A program made the position numbers and the translations under genes. From an uncultured bacterium (GTDB lineage Bacteria; Patescibacteriota; Minisyncoccia; Phycocordibacterales; GWA1-40-21), in assembly GCA_963804975.1 (NCBI GenBank), contig CAWDSG010000002.1:405015-469014 (forward strand): a stretch of DNA of 64,000 nucleotides, in the 5' to 3' direction. Below are positions 36,686 to 45,468 of the stretch, piece after piece. The notes under the pieces are model-generated. The model ran no database searches and was not told where the DNA came from. It saw only the letters and a program-made list of their open reading frames with translations. The stretch's first letter is position 1, and each line of letters begins with the position of its first letter.

Positions 36686-37925
36686 AAAGCTCTTTTTCTT
36701 TCAGCATTGAGACCTTTTCGGTTTTTCTTTCTTTGATCTCAAGCTCTCCCTTTTCCAAACCTTTTTCAGAAACGACAATTCTCAAAGGAATTCCTATCAA
36801 GTCAGAATCGGCAAATTTTTCTCCAGCGCGGGCATCTCTGTCGTCATACAAAACTTCTACGCCGACTTTTTCAAGCTCGTTGTAAATTTTTTCCGCTTCT
36901 TTTTTAACTTTTGAATTTTCCGATGGTAACTCAATCAGATGAACTTTGAAAGGCGCGACAGATACCGGCCAAACCATTCCTTTTTCATCGCAAAGTATTT
37001 CCACTATGGCACCCATTAATCTTCCAAGACCTATGCCATAACTGCCCATTATCACCAATTTATTTTCGCCTTTTTCATTATTATATTTCAAATCAAACGG
37101 CTCCGAAAATCTTGTTCCAAGAGAGAATATATTGCCAACTTCAATGGCTCTTTTCTCCGTCAAATTATCTTTTTTGAAACCCAAACTCTTTAAAATTTCA
37201 TCTGTATAAATCTCCTTATTTACAGCCATTCCTTTCTTTTCATCAAGATAAATAGTGTCTTCTCCTGCATCAGTTATAGCTTGAAATTCGTGTGAAAATT
37301 TTGAAAAGGAACCGCCAGAAGCAAAAGTGAAATAAGTCAAATCACCTATACCAACTCTTTCAAAAATTCTTTTGTAGGCCTTTTTAGCTTTTTCATAAAA
37401 ATCATTGTGTTCTTTCTCGTCTTTTGAAAAAGAATACAGCGCTTTCCAATAAAATTCCCTTCCCCGCAAAAGGCCTGATTTGCTTCTTTCCTCGTTCCTG
37501 AAAATTTCCTTGAAATCATACGGATACATCGGCAAATCTTTATAAGAACTTATGTATTGTTTCAATATGTTTGAATACGCCTCTTCGTTTGTAAAAGACA
37601 ATCCGACGTCTGTGCCGTTTTTTAATTTTGTTTTAAACCAGTTATCAACGACCTCGTCGTTCCATCTTCCCGATTTTTCCCAAACTTCTTTGCTCTGGAT
37701 GATGGATGTCTTCATTTCTTGCCCACCGATTGCATTCATTTCTTCACGGATGATAGCTTCGAGTTTTTTCATAACTCGCAGTCCAAGCGGCAAATAAGAA
37801 TAAATTCCGGCCATTTCTTTATTTATAAATCCGGCGCGAATAAGGAGATTTGCGTTTTTTGACACCTCGTCTTTTGGCCCTTCCTTGCGGGTCTTGCTAA
37901 GCAGCTCTGATTGTCTCATAAGCAA
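36660..37925 (-). CDS. proS: prolyl-tRNA synthetase (short form without editing insertion)
   Basis: LLIRAGFINKEMAGIYSYLPLGLRVMKKLEAIIREEMN N-terminus, class II motifs, C-terminal anticodon-binding domain. Confidence 0.85.
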   Translation of the reverse strand: MLMRQSELLSKTRKEGPKDEVSKNANLLIRAGFINKEMAGIYSYLPLGLRVMKKLEAIIREEMNAIGGQEMKTSIIQSKEVWEKSGRWNDEVVDNWFKTKLKNGTDVGLSFTNEEAYSNILKQYISSYKDLPMYPYDFKEIFRNEERSKSGLLRGREFYWKALYSFSKDEKEHNDFYEKAKKAYKRIFERVGIGDLTYFTFASGGSFSKFSHEFQAITDAGEDTIYLDEKKGMAVNKEIYTDEILKSLGFKKDNLTEKRAIEVGNIFSLGTRFSEPFDLKYNNEKGENKLVIMGSYGIGLGRLMGAIVEILCDEKGMVWPVSVAPFKVHLIELPSENSKVKKEAEKIYNELEKVGVEVLYDDRDARAGEKFADSDLIGIPLRIVVSEKGLEKGELEIKERKTEKVSMLKEKELFDFVKKYK

Positions 37926-37984
37926 AATGATAGCTTAATTCCATATAAAAAACAAATGTTTGACAAAAAGAAAAGTTGGTTCCA

Positions 37985-39244
37985 TTATCTAACATAACCT
38001 TTTTTATAGACCTCATCTAAAATATAAGGTAATAGTAATTTTGTTTTTCGTATAGCCATGGATAAAGCCTGTTTAACTTCTTCGTAAGTGCCAACGCAGT
38101 CAAAAGGTTTATGCCCAGATATTCCCAATAATTCTTTTGCTGTTTTTAATAAGCTTCGTTTTTCAAAAAGATTTTCTCCAAAAATTTTGATTAAATCTTT
38201 CTTATTTAAAAATGGATAAAGAATAATAAATGCAAATAAGCATTTTGAGCAATTATTGCACCATATATCTTTTTTTGAACCTTTATTACAGCTTCTGAAA
38301 ACAGAAAAATATTTTGGATATTTTGAAAATAATTTTGCAATTTGCAATTCATTCAGTGATCTCAAAAAGCTGAAATAGTTAATGTATTTTGCTAAATATT
38401 TTTTAGAATAATCATTAAATGACCTCTCAAATTGTATGGATTTTGAATATTGATGATTGATTGTGTGATTATGAAATCGAACATTGCCTTGACTAGCGCT
38501 TTTTTCATTTGAAAGAGCTATTTCACTATAATCATATAGAACTGCTACTGTGACACTGACAAAAGCCAAATAAGCGGAAAAAGGAGTATGCCCGTTTAAA
38601 TAACCTTGTTTGTTTAATTTAAGCAATTTCTTATCAAGATACCGTTTAATGATGATGGGACTTTCGCAGCCAGCAATTTTTACAACACGTAATGATGCTT
38701 TTGTCGGATTAAGCAGAAGGCAGTTATATTTTTTGACTTTCTTTTTAAATGTTTCCAAAGTTACTATTGAATCTTTGCCTCCACCAATGGGGATTAATGT
38801 ATTTTTACTTTGTTTCTTTGTATAAACAAAGTGAGAAAAGTCTTGAATAGATTTATTAATAATCTTAACAAAATTCTTCTTGGTAAAATCTATTTTGTTT
38901 ATATAAAAGAATTCTCCGAGACCTTTAGTCAAAAGATTCTTCCAGAAACGAATTTGTTCGCTGTTAAGTTTTCCTGCTTCTATGATAATTTCCGGTGAGC
39001 AAGTAGATTTCCAATAGCTTGGTATTTCCGTCAAACCTAAATAAAATGCTAAATTGTTGAGAACCTTTTTGTCTAAGTTTTTAAAGTGCCTATCTGAATC
39101 CAAAAAAACTATTTTAGGTTTAAATATAATATTCGGTTCAATTTCAAAAACAAAAGATATTGATAATTTATTTCTAGTTTGCTTTATGGAATAACTTTTA
39201 TAAATAAATCTTTGGTGCTTCTTGATAAGTTCCGATCTTTTCAT
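37985..39244 (-). CDS. PP-loop ATP pyrophosphatase superfamily protein (QueC/TtcA-like) with C-terminal Cys cluster; AT-rich
   Basis: IPIGGGKDSIVTLE PP-loop (SGGxDS-like); C-terminal WCNNCSKC and CVG cysteines. Roughly 28 percent GC, much lower than neighbours. About 150 aa of unknown N-terminal domain. Confidence 0.45.
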   Translation of the reverse strand: MKRSELIKKHQRFIYKSYSIKQTRNKLSISFVFEIEPNIIFKPKIVFLDSDRHFKNLDKKVLNNLAFYLGLTEIPSYWKSTCSPEIIIEAGKLNSEQIRFWKNLLTKGLGEFFYINKIDFTKKNFVKIINKSIQDFSHFVYTKKQSKNTLIPIGGGKDSIVTLETFKKKVKKYNCLLLNPTKASLRVVKIAGCESPIIIKRYLDKKLLKLNKQGYLNGHTPFSAYLAFVSVTVAVLYDYSEIALSNEKSASQGNVRFHNHTINHQYSKSIQFERSFNDYSKKYLAKYINYFSFLRSLNELQIAKLFSKYPKYFSVFRSCNKGSKKDIWCNNCSKCLFAFIILYPFLNKKDLIKIFGENLFEKRSLLKTAKELLGISGHKPFDCVGTYEEVKQALSMAIRKTKLLLPYILDEVYKKGYVR

Positions 39245-39272
39245 AAAGAAAGTATACCAAAAAATTCAAAGT

Positions 39273-40367
39273 TTAATGAATCAACCTCAAAATATCCTTG
39301 TAAGTTATAAAAATCATCAGTGCGATAAGAAGGACAAAACCCACCATATTTATCCAATTCAATATGACTGGTTTTATTTTTCTTCTGATAATTGTTTCAA
39401 TTATTACAAACAAAGCTCTCCCGCCATCAAGCGCCGGAAATGGAATCAGATTCAAAACCGCCAGATTTATTGAAATCATTGCAACAAAACCCAAAAGATA
39501 TGAGATGCCCAAACTGCTCGCTTGCCCTACCATTACCGCAATCCCCACCGGTCCGGCAATCTGAGAAAGAAAACCGCCATCGCCTCTGAACGCCGCACCG
39601 ATAAAACCAATTATTCCTTTTGCAATATTTCCCGTCTCTATTACCGTAAGTTTTGCTCCCTCATAAAATGACTGGAAGAAACCAAATTTAACCGTGCCGA
39701 CAAGCGCCATTGATATTCCTATGGCTTTTCTTCCGTCAACAAGACCGCTCGCCGCTATGACTTTTGCTGTGCCGGTGGCATTACCTCTTTTGTATCCTAT
39801 ATTTATTATTCCTTTGCTTCCGGCAATTATATTTTGAACATCTGAAATCCCGGGATTCAGCACTTGCGCTTTATCGGATACGATTGAGAGAATATCATCG
39901 CCTTCCTGCATTCCGGCTTTATCAGACGGAGAATCTTTTTCAACTGAAAGAACCATTACCGAGACATTTTGAGCCTTGTCCTTATACTGATCTTCAATGG
40001 AAGTCAAAAGCCCGATATTGAATGAGATTGAAATCAAAACCCAGGCAAAAACAAAGTTCATCAGGATTCCGGACAAAAGAATGACAATTTGCTTCCATTT
40101 TGAGGCATTTACCAAACTCCTCGCGCTATCAATGCCGTTCATGGATTCTTCGTCTGGATTTTCCCCGAAAATTTTCACATAACCGCCAAAAGGAATCAAA
40201 TTTAAGGAATAAACCGTCTCGCCTCTTTTCCAACTGAAAACTGTCGGCGGAAATCCGATGGCAAATTCATCCACTCTTATGCCGAATATTTTCGCCATCG
40301 TAAAATGGCCAAGCTCGTGGACGAAAACAAGAATCGCCAGAATTATCAAAAAAAGTATGACGGTCAT
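39273..40367 (-). CDS. rseP: RIP site-2 zinc metalloprotease RseP
   Basis: HELGH zinc motif in TM1, PDZ domain, C-terminal TMs. Confidence 0.85.
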   Translation of the reverse strand: MTVILFLIILAILVFVHELGHFTMAKIFGIRVDEFAIGFPPTVFSWKRGETVYSLNLIPFGGYVKIFGENPDEESMNGIDSARSLVNASKWKQIVILLSGILMNFVFAWVLISISFNIGLLTSIEDQYKDKAQNVSVMVLSVEKDSPSDKAGMQEGDDILSIVSDKAQVLNPGISDVQNIIAGSKGIINIGYKRGNATGTAKVIAASGLVDGRKAIGISMALVGTVKFGFFQSFYEGAKLTVIETGNIAKGIIGFIGAAFRGDGGFLSQIAGPVGIAVMVGQASSLGISYLLGFVAMISINLAVLNLIPFPALDGGRALFVIIETIIRRKIKPVILNWINMVGFVLLIALMIFITYKDILRLIH

Positions 40368-40369
40368 TT

Positions 40370-40921
40370 TTAACTATTTATCTCTTTTTCTTTCTTTCCA
40401 AACAAAACTTCCAGATTTTTATTCGCATCGTCTATTATTTTCTGCATCTCGTTCTTGTATCTGAATTTATCATCCTCGCCCATTCCGCCCTTTTTTTCTT
40501 GCGCCTGGATATCATTCCAGATTTCATCGCGGATAGTACGGACATTCACTCTTGCATCTTCAAGCTTCGCCTTTGCCGCCTTTACCATAAGATCTCTTTT
40601 ATCGCCTGTGAGCTCCGGGAAAAATATTCTTACTCCTTTGTCATCCACGCCGACCGAAACTCCGAGATTTGCCGCTGTTATGGCTTTTTCAATTTCTTTT
40701 GCCTGCGATTTATCGTAAGGTGAAACTCTGATGACTCTCGCATCCTCAATCCCGATGCTTGCGACTTGGTTTAAATGCATTCTTGAACCATACGCTTCTA
40801 CCTGTACACCATCCAAAATCGCTGGGCTTGCTATGCCGGTGCGCAAAGTCGTGTATTCTTTAACGAGCCAGTCCTGCGCTCCTTTTATTTTTTCTTTTAG
40901 AATATTAAAATTATACGCCAT
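40370..40921 (-). CDS. frr: ribosome recycling factor
   Basis: Full-length match to the RRF pattern (VEAYGSRMHLNQVASIGIEDARVIRVSPYD...). Confidence 0.9.
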   Translation of the reverse strand: MAYNFNILKEKIKGAQDWLVKEYTTLRTGIASPAILDGVQVEAYGSRMHLNQVASIGIEDARVIRVSPYDKSQAKEIEKAITAANLGVSVGVDDKGVRIFFPELTGDKRDLMVKAAKAKLEDARVNVRTIRDEIWNDIQAQEKKGGMGEDDKFRYKNEMQKIIDDANKNLEVLFGKKEKEINS

Positions 40922-41330
40922 GTTGTTTTTTATCTTTTTCTTTTTTTTCAGTTGAGTTCCTTTTTAATTTAGGCAGGAGTTCCTCTGCTTGTTTAAGACC
41001 AATCTCAATATGAAGATGCCTCAATGCTATTTTTAGGAGAATAGGCGTAACATTTATTCCTTCTATCATTTCCGCATGACCTTCGCGAGTTAGGCCTCCT
41101 TCTGCTCTCAAATTGTCAGCAATATCTTCAAGGGTCGCTGTTTCAAGATCTTTCAATCCTAAAATTTTTTTGAAAGCTTTTTTTTCCTGATTTGACACTT
41201 TTTCTTCTTTTGCTTTTGACACCAGCGATCTCTCTTTCCCTTCTGTTTCCAGAAATTCATTTAATTCTTTTATTTTATCTTCCGGTCGTATTGGTGATTG
41301 TTCTTTCATAATAGTCATATTATATCCCAA
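40911..41330 (-). CDS. hypothetical protein (139 aa)
   Basis: ORF track only. Confidence 0.4.
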   Translation of the reverse strand: MGYNMTIMKEQSPIRPEDKIKELNEFLETEGKERSLVSKAKEEKVSNQEKKAFKKILGLKDLETATLEDIADNLRAEGGLTREGHAEMIEGINVTPILLKIALRHLHIEIGLKQAEELLPKLKRNSTEKKEKDKKQHGV

Positions 41331-41356
41331 AATAAATATAAAAACAAAAACCCGAA

Positions 41357-42046
41357 TTATTCCGCCGGCAAAACCAGTGCCAAATACTCCAAAAGCATTT
41401 TGAGCGATGGGGATTGCTCGCTTGCATATTGGCGGACCTTTTCCATTCTTTCAAACATTTCGGTTTTTGATTTTCCTTCCTTTGAAAAATCGGTTTTATT
41501 TTTCAGTTCCGATTCCAAAGCATTGATAAATTTGGAAACTTCAATTTTAGATTTCTCTTCGTCCGTAATACTTTCCATAAGATTTTTAATCTCTTCCATT
41601 TTCTCGCCCATCGGCATCTTGATGAATTTTTTTACATCAATCGCCGAATCGCTTTTGCCAGAATGTTCAATGATGTTCATTCTTGATTTCAATGTCGCAA
41701 TAAGTCCGTTTGCGGAAGGAATTATCAGAAAAAAGTGCGTGTCGCCTCTCGGCTCTTCAAAAAGTTTCAACATCGCGTTCTGTGCTTTCTCTGTAATAAA
41801 GTTTGCGCTTACGATAAATATTTTTTTATCCGATAATACCGGCTTGTTTCCGTGAAGGTTTTTTATGGTTCTTGAATCCTCAATATCCATTACATCATAA
41901 ACTCCTCGCCAAAAATCCGGATTGCCTTCCGTTTTAAAACCAAGTTCCTTTTTCAAAAAATTTTCAAGTTCGGAAACAATCTCATCCGCATTGCCGACAA
42001 TGCAATATGCGTGATGCAGATTTTTGTCTTTAATATACAAATCCAT
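41357..42046 (-). CDS. holB: DNA polymerase III delta-prime-like subunit (short HolB-like)
   Basis: HAYCIVGN...KIFIVSANFITEKAQNAMLKLFEEPRGDTHFFLIIPSANGLIATLKSRMNII matches the delta' clamp-loader pattern without an intact Walker A. Confidence 0.55.
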   Translation of the reverse strand: MDLYIKDKNLHHAYCIVGNADEIVSELENFLKKELGFKTEGNPDFWRGVYDVMDIEDSRTIKNLHGNKPVLSDKKIFIVSANFITEKAQNAMLKLFEEPRGDTHFFLIIPSANGLIATLKSRMNIIEHSGKSDSAIDVKKFIKMPMGEKMEEIKNLMESITDEEKSKIEVSKFINALESELKNKTDFSKEGKSKTEMFERMEKVRQYASEQSPSLKMLLEYLALVLPAE

Positions 42047-42063
42047 ATCAATATCAATTTGTA

Positions 42064-43077
42064 TTACCTTTTAGCTATAATAGATTTCTTATACGTATCC
42101 AAATGCTCCAGTGCAATTCCCGTCCCTTTTGCCACACAGTAAAGCGGTTCGTCCGCAACCTGCGCTTTCACTCCAGTTCTTCTGAAAACAAGCTCTGTCA
42201 TATTTCTAAGCTGGCTTGAACCACCAGTCATTATTATTCCGTTGTCAATAATATCCGCGGCAAGTTCAGGTGGAGTTTCCTGCAAAACATCTTTTATCGC
42301 TTTCACCATATCTTTCAATTCTTTTGAAATAGCTTTGACAACTTCATTGGTTTTGAGTTCTGTAGAGCGAGGAAGTCCGGTCATAAAGTCCCTGCCTTTT
42401 ACAATCATAACCAGTTCTTCTTCCACGGGAACGGCACTTCCGATTTTTATCTTGATATCTTCCGCGGTCTTGTCTCCCACAGCAAGATTGAAAGTTTTTT
42501 TCAAATAATCTGCGATAGCAGCATCAATTTTATTTCCTGCGCATTTCACGGAAGTTGAAGATACGATTCCTCCCAAAGAAATGACTGCAACATCCGTCGT
42601 TCCCCCGCCAATATCCACCACCATGTGCCCCATTGCTTCATAAATGGGAATGCCGGCTCCGATAGCAGCTAAAATGGGCTCCTTGACCACGTAAGCGTTT
42701 TTTGCTCCGGCTCTTATCGCCGCCTCAACTACTGCCCTTCTTTCCGTTGATGTGATTCCCGCGGGTACGGAGACCATGACTTCCGGTTTGAAAATATTCC
42801 ATTTGCCGAGAGCTTTGTCTATAAAATATCTGAGCATTGCTTCGGTAATTCTGTAATCGGCAATGACGCCGTCTTTCATCGGACGATAAGCGATAATGGA
42901 ATCCGGAGTCCTTCCGATCATGCTTTTTGCTTCAATCCCGACTGCAAGAATTTTGTTGTCCTGCTCGGCTATGGCAACGACGGATGGCTCAAAGAGAACC
43001 ACTCCTTTATTCGGCAAAAAAACCAGCGTATTCGCCGTTCCCAGATCTATCCCCAATTTGCGAATGAATATGCTCAT
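42064..43077 (-). CDS. MreB/Mbl-like actin homolog (second paralog)
   Basis: LGIDLGTANTLVFLPNKGVVLFEPSVVAI and the full actin-fold motifs. Confidence 0.85.
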   Translation of the reverse strand: MSIFIRKLGIDLGTANTLVFLPNKGVVLFEPSVVAIAEQDNKILAVGIEAKSMIGRTPDSIIAYRPMKDGVIADYRITEAMLRYFIDKALGKWNIFKPEVMVSVPAGITSTERRAVVEAAIRAGAKNAYVVKEPILAAIGAGIPIYEAMGHMVVDIGGGTTDVAVISLGGIVSSTSVKCAGNKIDAAIADYLKKTFNLAVGDKTAEDIKIKIGSAVPVEEELVMIVKGRDFMTGLPRSTELKTNEVVKAISKELKDMVKAIKDVLQETPPELAADIIDNGIIMTGGSSQLRNMTELVFRRTGVKAQVADEPLYCVAKGTGIALEHLDTYKKSIIAKR

Positions 43078-43129
43078 TAAAGTTATATTATATCTTTTTT
43101 AAGTAATTGCAAATTAAAAATACCAGAGG

Positions 43130-43321
43130 TTGACAAAATAGTTTGTTTTGGTAGTATACTGATTAAGTGCGCTCACAAATGGTTACCGTGCTTGTGACCT
43201 GAGAACCTTATGGTAATGCACACCAAGAGGTTGGAGGTTAGATTCTTAATCTCTATGAGCGTCACCAAAACACCCATAAAAAATATTGGGTCAGCCATCT
43301 CTTCGGGGATGGCTTTTTTTA
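43130..43321 (+). ncRNA. candidate structured leader or small RNA upstream of murA: consensus sigma-70 promoter plus ~150 nt plus intrinsic terminator
   Basis: TTGACA at 43130 and TAGTAT/TATACT at about 43152..43160. Closing helix GCGCTCA...TGAGCGT encloses about 110 nt. Terminator GCCATCTCTTCGGGGATGGC + T7 ends at 43321, 45 nt before the murA ATG. Confidence 0.4.
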
Positions 43322-43366
43322 TGTTTCATTTATACAAAAAATCTATAAATATGCTAGAATCTTTTT

Positions 43367-44674
43367 ATGACCGACAAAGGACCGATGAATTTCGAGATAG
43401 ACGGCGGGAAAAAACTTTCCGGCACCGTCATAACCAAAACATCAAAAAACGGCGCGATGGGCATTATTTCCGCATCACTATTGAACAAAGGAAAAACGCT
43501 TCTCAAAAATGTTCCTAAAATCGAAGAGGTTTACAGGATGGTGGAAGTGCTTCAAAGCATCGGTGTATCGGTGCGATGGATCGACAGCAACCTTGAAATC
43601 AAAGCGGATAAAATAAATCTGAAAAATATCAACAAAGAATCTGCGGAAAAAACAAGAAGTATCATCATGCTCATCGGCCCGCTTGCCCATAGATTCAAAA
43701 AATTTTCGCTTCCGCATTCCGGCGGATGTAAGCTAGGAAGTCGCACCGTAATGCCTCATTTCTTTGCGCTAGAAAATTTAGGCATCAGTATCAAAACAAG
43801 GCATGATAGCTACAGTATTTCGCATAAAAAACTTTCGCCCAGCGAATTCACGCTCTATGAGTCCGGAGATACCGTCACAGAAAATGCAATTATGGCCGCA
43901 TCGCTTATTCCCGGAAAAACAAAGATTAAATTCGCCTCCGCAAATTATCAGGTGCAGGATTTATGCTTCTTTCTGCAGAAATTCGGCGTCAAAATTGACG
44001 GAATCGGCACAACCACGATTGCAGTCCATGGCGTCAAAAAAATAAATAAAAATATCACGTATTATCTTGCCGAAGATCCGATAGACAGCATGTTTTTTAT
44101 CGCAGTTTCAGCTGTGACCAAATCCGGCATCATTATCAAGCGTTGCCCTATTGATTTCCTTGAAATAGAACTATTGAAACTCAAAAAAATGGGTTTTAAA
44201 TATAAAATTTTGAAAAAATATAAAGCGCTGAATAGAAAAACAAATCTGGTTGATATCAAAACATTTCCGTCAAATCTTGTCGCTCTCGGCGACAAAATAG
44301 AATCCCGGCCGTATCCGGGGCTCAATATAGACAATCTTCCCTTTTTTGCTGTCATTGCCACGCAAGCAAAAGGCCAGACGCTCATCCACGACTGGGTTTA
44401 TGAAAAAAGAGCGATACATTATAAAGAGCTGGATCGGTTGGGCGCTGATACAATCCTTGCCGATCCGCACAGATTTTACGTAAACGGAAAAACGAAGCTC
44501 AAGCCCGCAGAAATTATTTCCCCTTCCGCTCTCCGTCCTGCAGCTGTTGTGCTTATCGGAATGCTGGCCGCACACGGAAAATCCATCTTGAGAAATGTTT
44601 ACAACATCAACCGCGGGTATGAGGATATCGCGAAAAGATTGAATGAGCTCGGAGCAAAAATAAAGATTCTCTAG
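43367..44674 (+). CDS. murA: UDP-N-acetylglucosamine 1-carboxyvinyltransferase
   Basis: 435 aa EPT-fold sequence (LSGTVITKTSKNGAMGIISASLL...). Confidence 0.9.
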   Translation: MTDKGPMNFEIDGGKKLSGTVITKTSKNGAMGIISASLLNKGKTLLKNVPKIEEVYRMVEVLQSIGVSVRWIDSNLEIKADKINLKNINKESAEKTRSIIMLIGPLAHRFKKFSLPHSGGCKLGSRTVMPHFFALENLGISIKTRHDSYSISHKKLSPSEFTLYESGDTVTENAIMAASLIPGKTKIKFASANYQVQDLCFFLQKFGVKIDGIGTTTIAVHGVKKINKNITYYLAEDPIDSMFFIAVSAVTKSGIIIKRCPIDFLEIELLKLKKMGFKYKILKKYKALNRKTNLVDIKTFPSNLVALGDKIESRPYPGLNIDNLPFFAVIATQAKGQTLIHDWVYEKRAIHYKELDRLGADTILADPHRFYVNGKTKLKPAEIISPSALRPAAVVLIGMLAAHGKSILRNVYNINRGYEDIAKRLNELGAKIKIL

Positions 44675-44677
44675 AAA

Positions 44678-44881
44678 TTAATCCGTACCTAATATTTCGG
44701 AATGATTTTCCTTTGCTAATTTTCTTAATTTTATAACAGCTTCAATTTCTTTAATATCTTTCTCAGTAATAGGATGTACACCTTTTTCTTCTACCTTTTT
44801 TAGAATTTCTTTCCAAGACATATCATCAGTTAACTGAAGTATAAATTCTTTTGTATTTTCTGGATTTGCTGGTAATTCCAT
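44678..44881 (-). CDS. hypothetical small protein (67 aa)
   Basis: ORF track. Immediately downstream of the GNAT gene. Confidence 0.35.
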   Translation of the reverse strand: MELPANPENTKEFILQLTDDMSWKEILKKVEEKGVHPITEKDIKEIEAVIKLRKLAKENHSEILGTD

Positions 44882-44913
44882 ATAATTTTATATTAATCAT
44901 TAATAAGTTAAAG

Positions 44914-45405
44914 TCAACCAACGAACATTTCTAAAGTTAAATCATGATCTTTAAATCCGATTTTTTTGTAAAAACTTATTCCTTCTCTATTTTTTGCAGA
45001 AGCTTTAACAGTAATGCGATAAACTCTGTTTTTCCTACACCAATTCATAAAATTTTTCGCTAATTTCGTACCTATTCCTCTGCCTCTAAAACTTTTTTCG
45101 ATAGACATGTTTTCCAATTCGGCATATTTTGCTTTTTTGAGAAAAAATTCTCTTTCAGAAATTCCACCGCATAAATAGCCAATAATTTTACCTTTTAGTT
45201 CTGCTATTTCTACAAAGCTGTTTTTCCCCATAATTCTATTTTTAAAATACTTTTTTCCTTCATTGTAAGTCCATTTTAAATTTAAACTCTTGTCATACTC
45301 CTTGTATTCTTTTTTAAATAAATTAAAATTTAATTTCAAAATACCGCCAAGATCTTCAATTTTTGCCTTTTTAATTAAAATATCGTTTTTTATGAAGGAT
45401 TCCAT
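44914..45405 (-). CDS. GNAT family N-acetyltransferase
   Basis: ENMSIEKSFRGRGIGTKLAKNF acetyl-CoA binding motif (R/QxxGxG/A). Confidence 0.75.
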   Translation of the reverse strand: MESFIKNDILIKKAKIEDLGGILKLNFNLFKKEYKEYDKSLNLKWTYNEGKKYFKNRIMGKNSFVEIAELKGKIIGYLCGGISEREFFLKKAKYAELENMSIEKSFRGRGIGTKLAKNFMNWCRKNRVYRITVKASAKNREGISFYKKIGFKDHDLTLEMFVG

Positions 45406-45468
45406 AAATTCATTATATCAGATTTTGAAAAGTTGAAAAACCGCCTATTTTCTGTCATTATACAGCTA

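Noticed and set aside
43210-43518. 102-aa ORF spanning the sRNA-like region and the start of murA
   Set aside because: Runs through a promoter, a structured region and a terminator, and enters murA out of frame. Basic, low-complexity translation. The sRNA/leader interpretation is more consistent.
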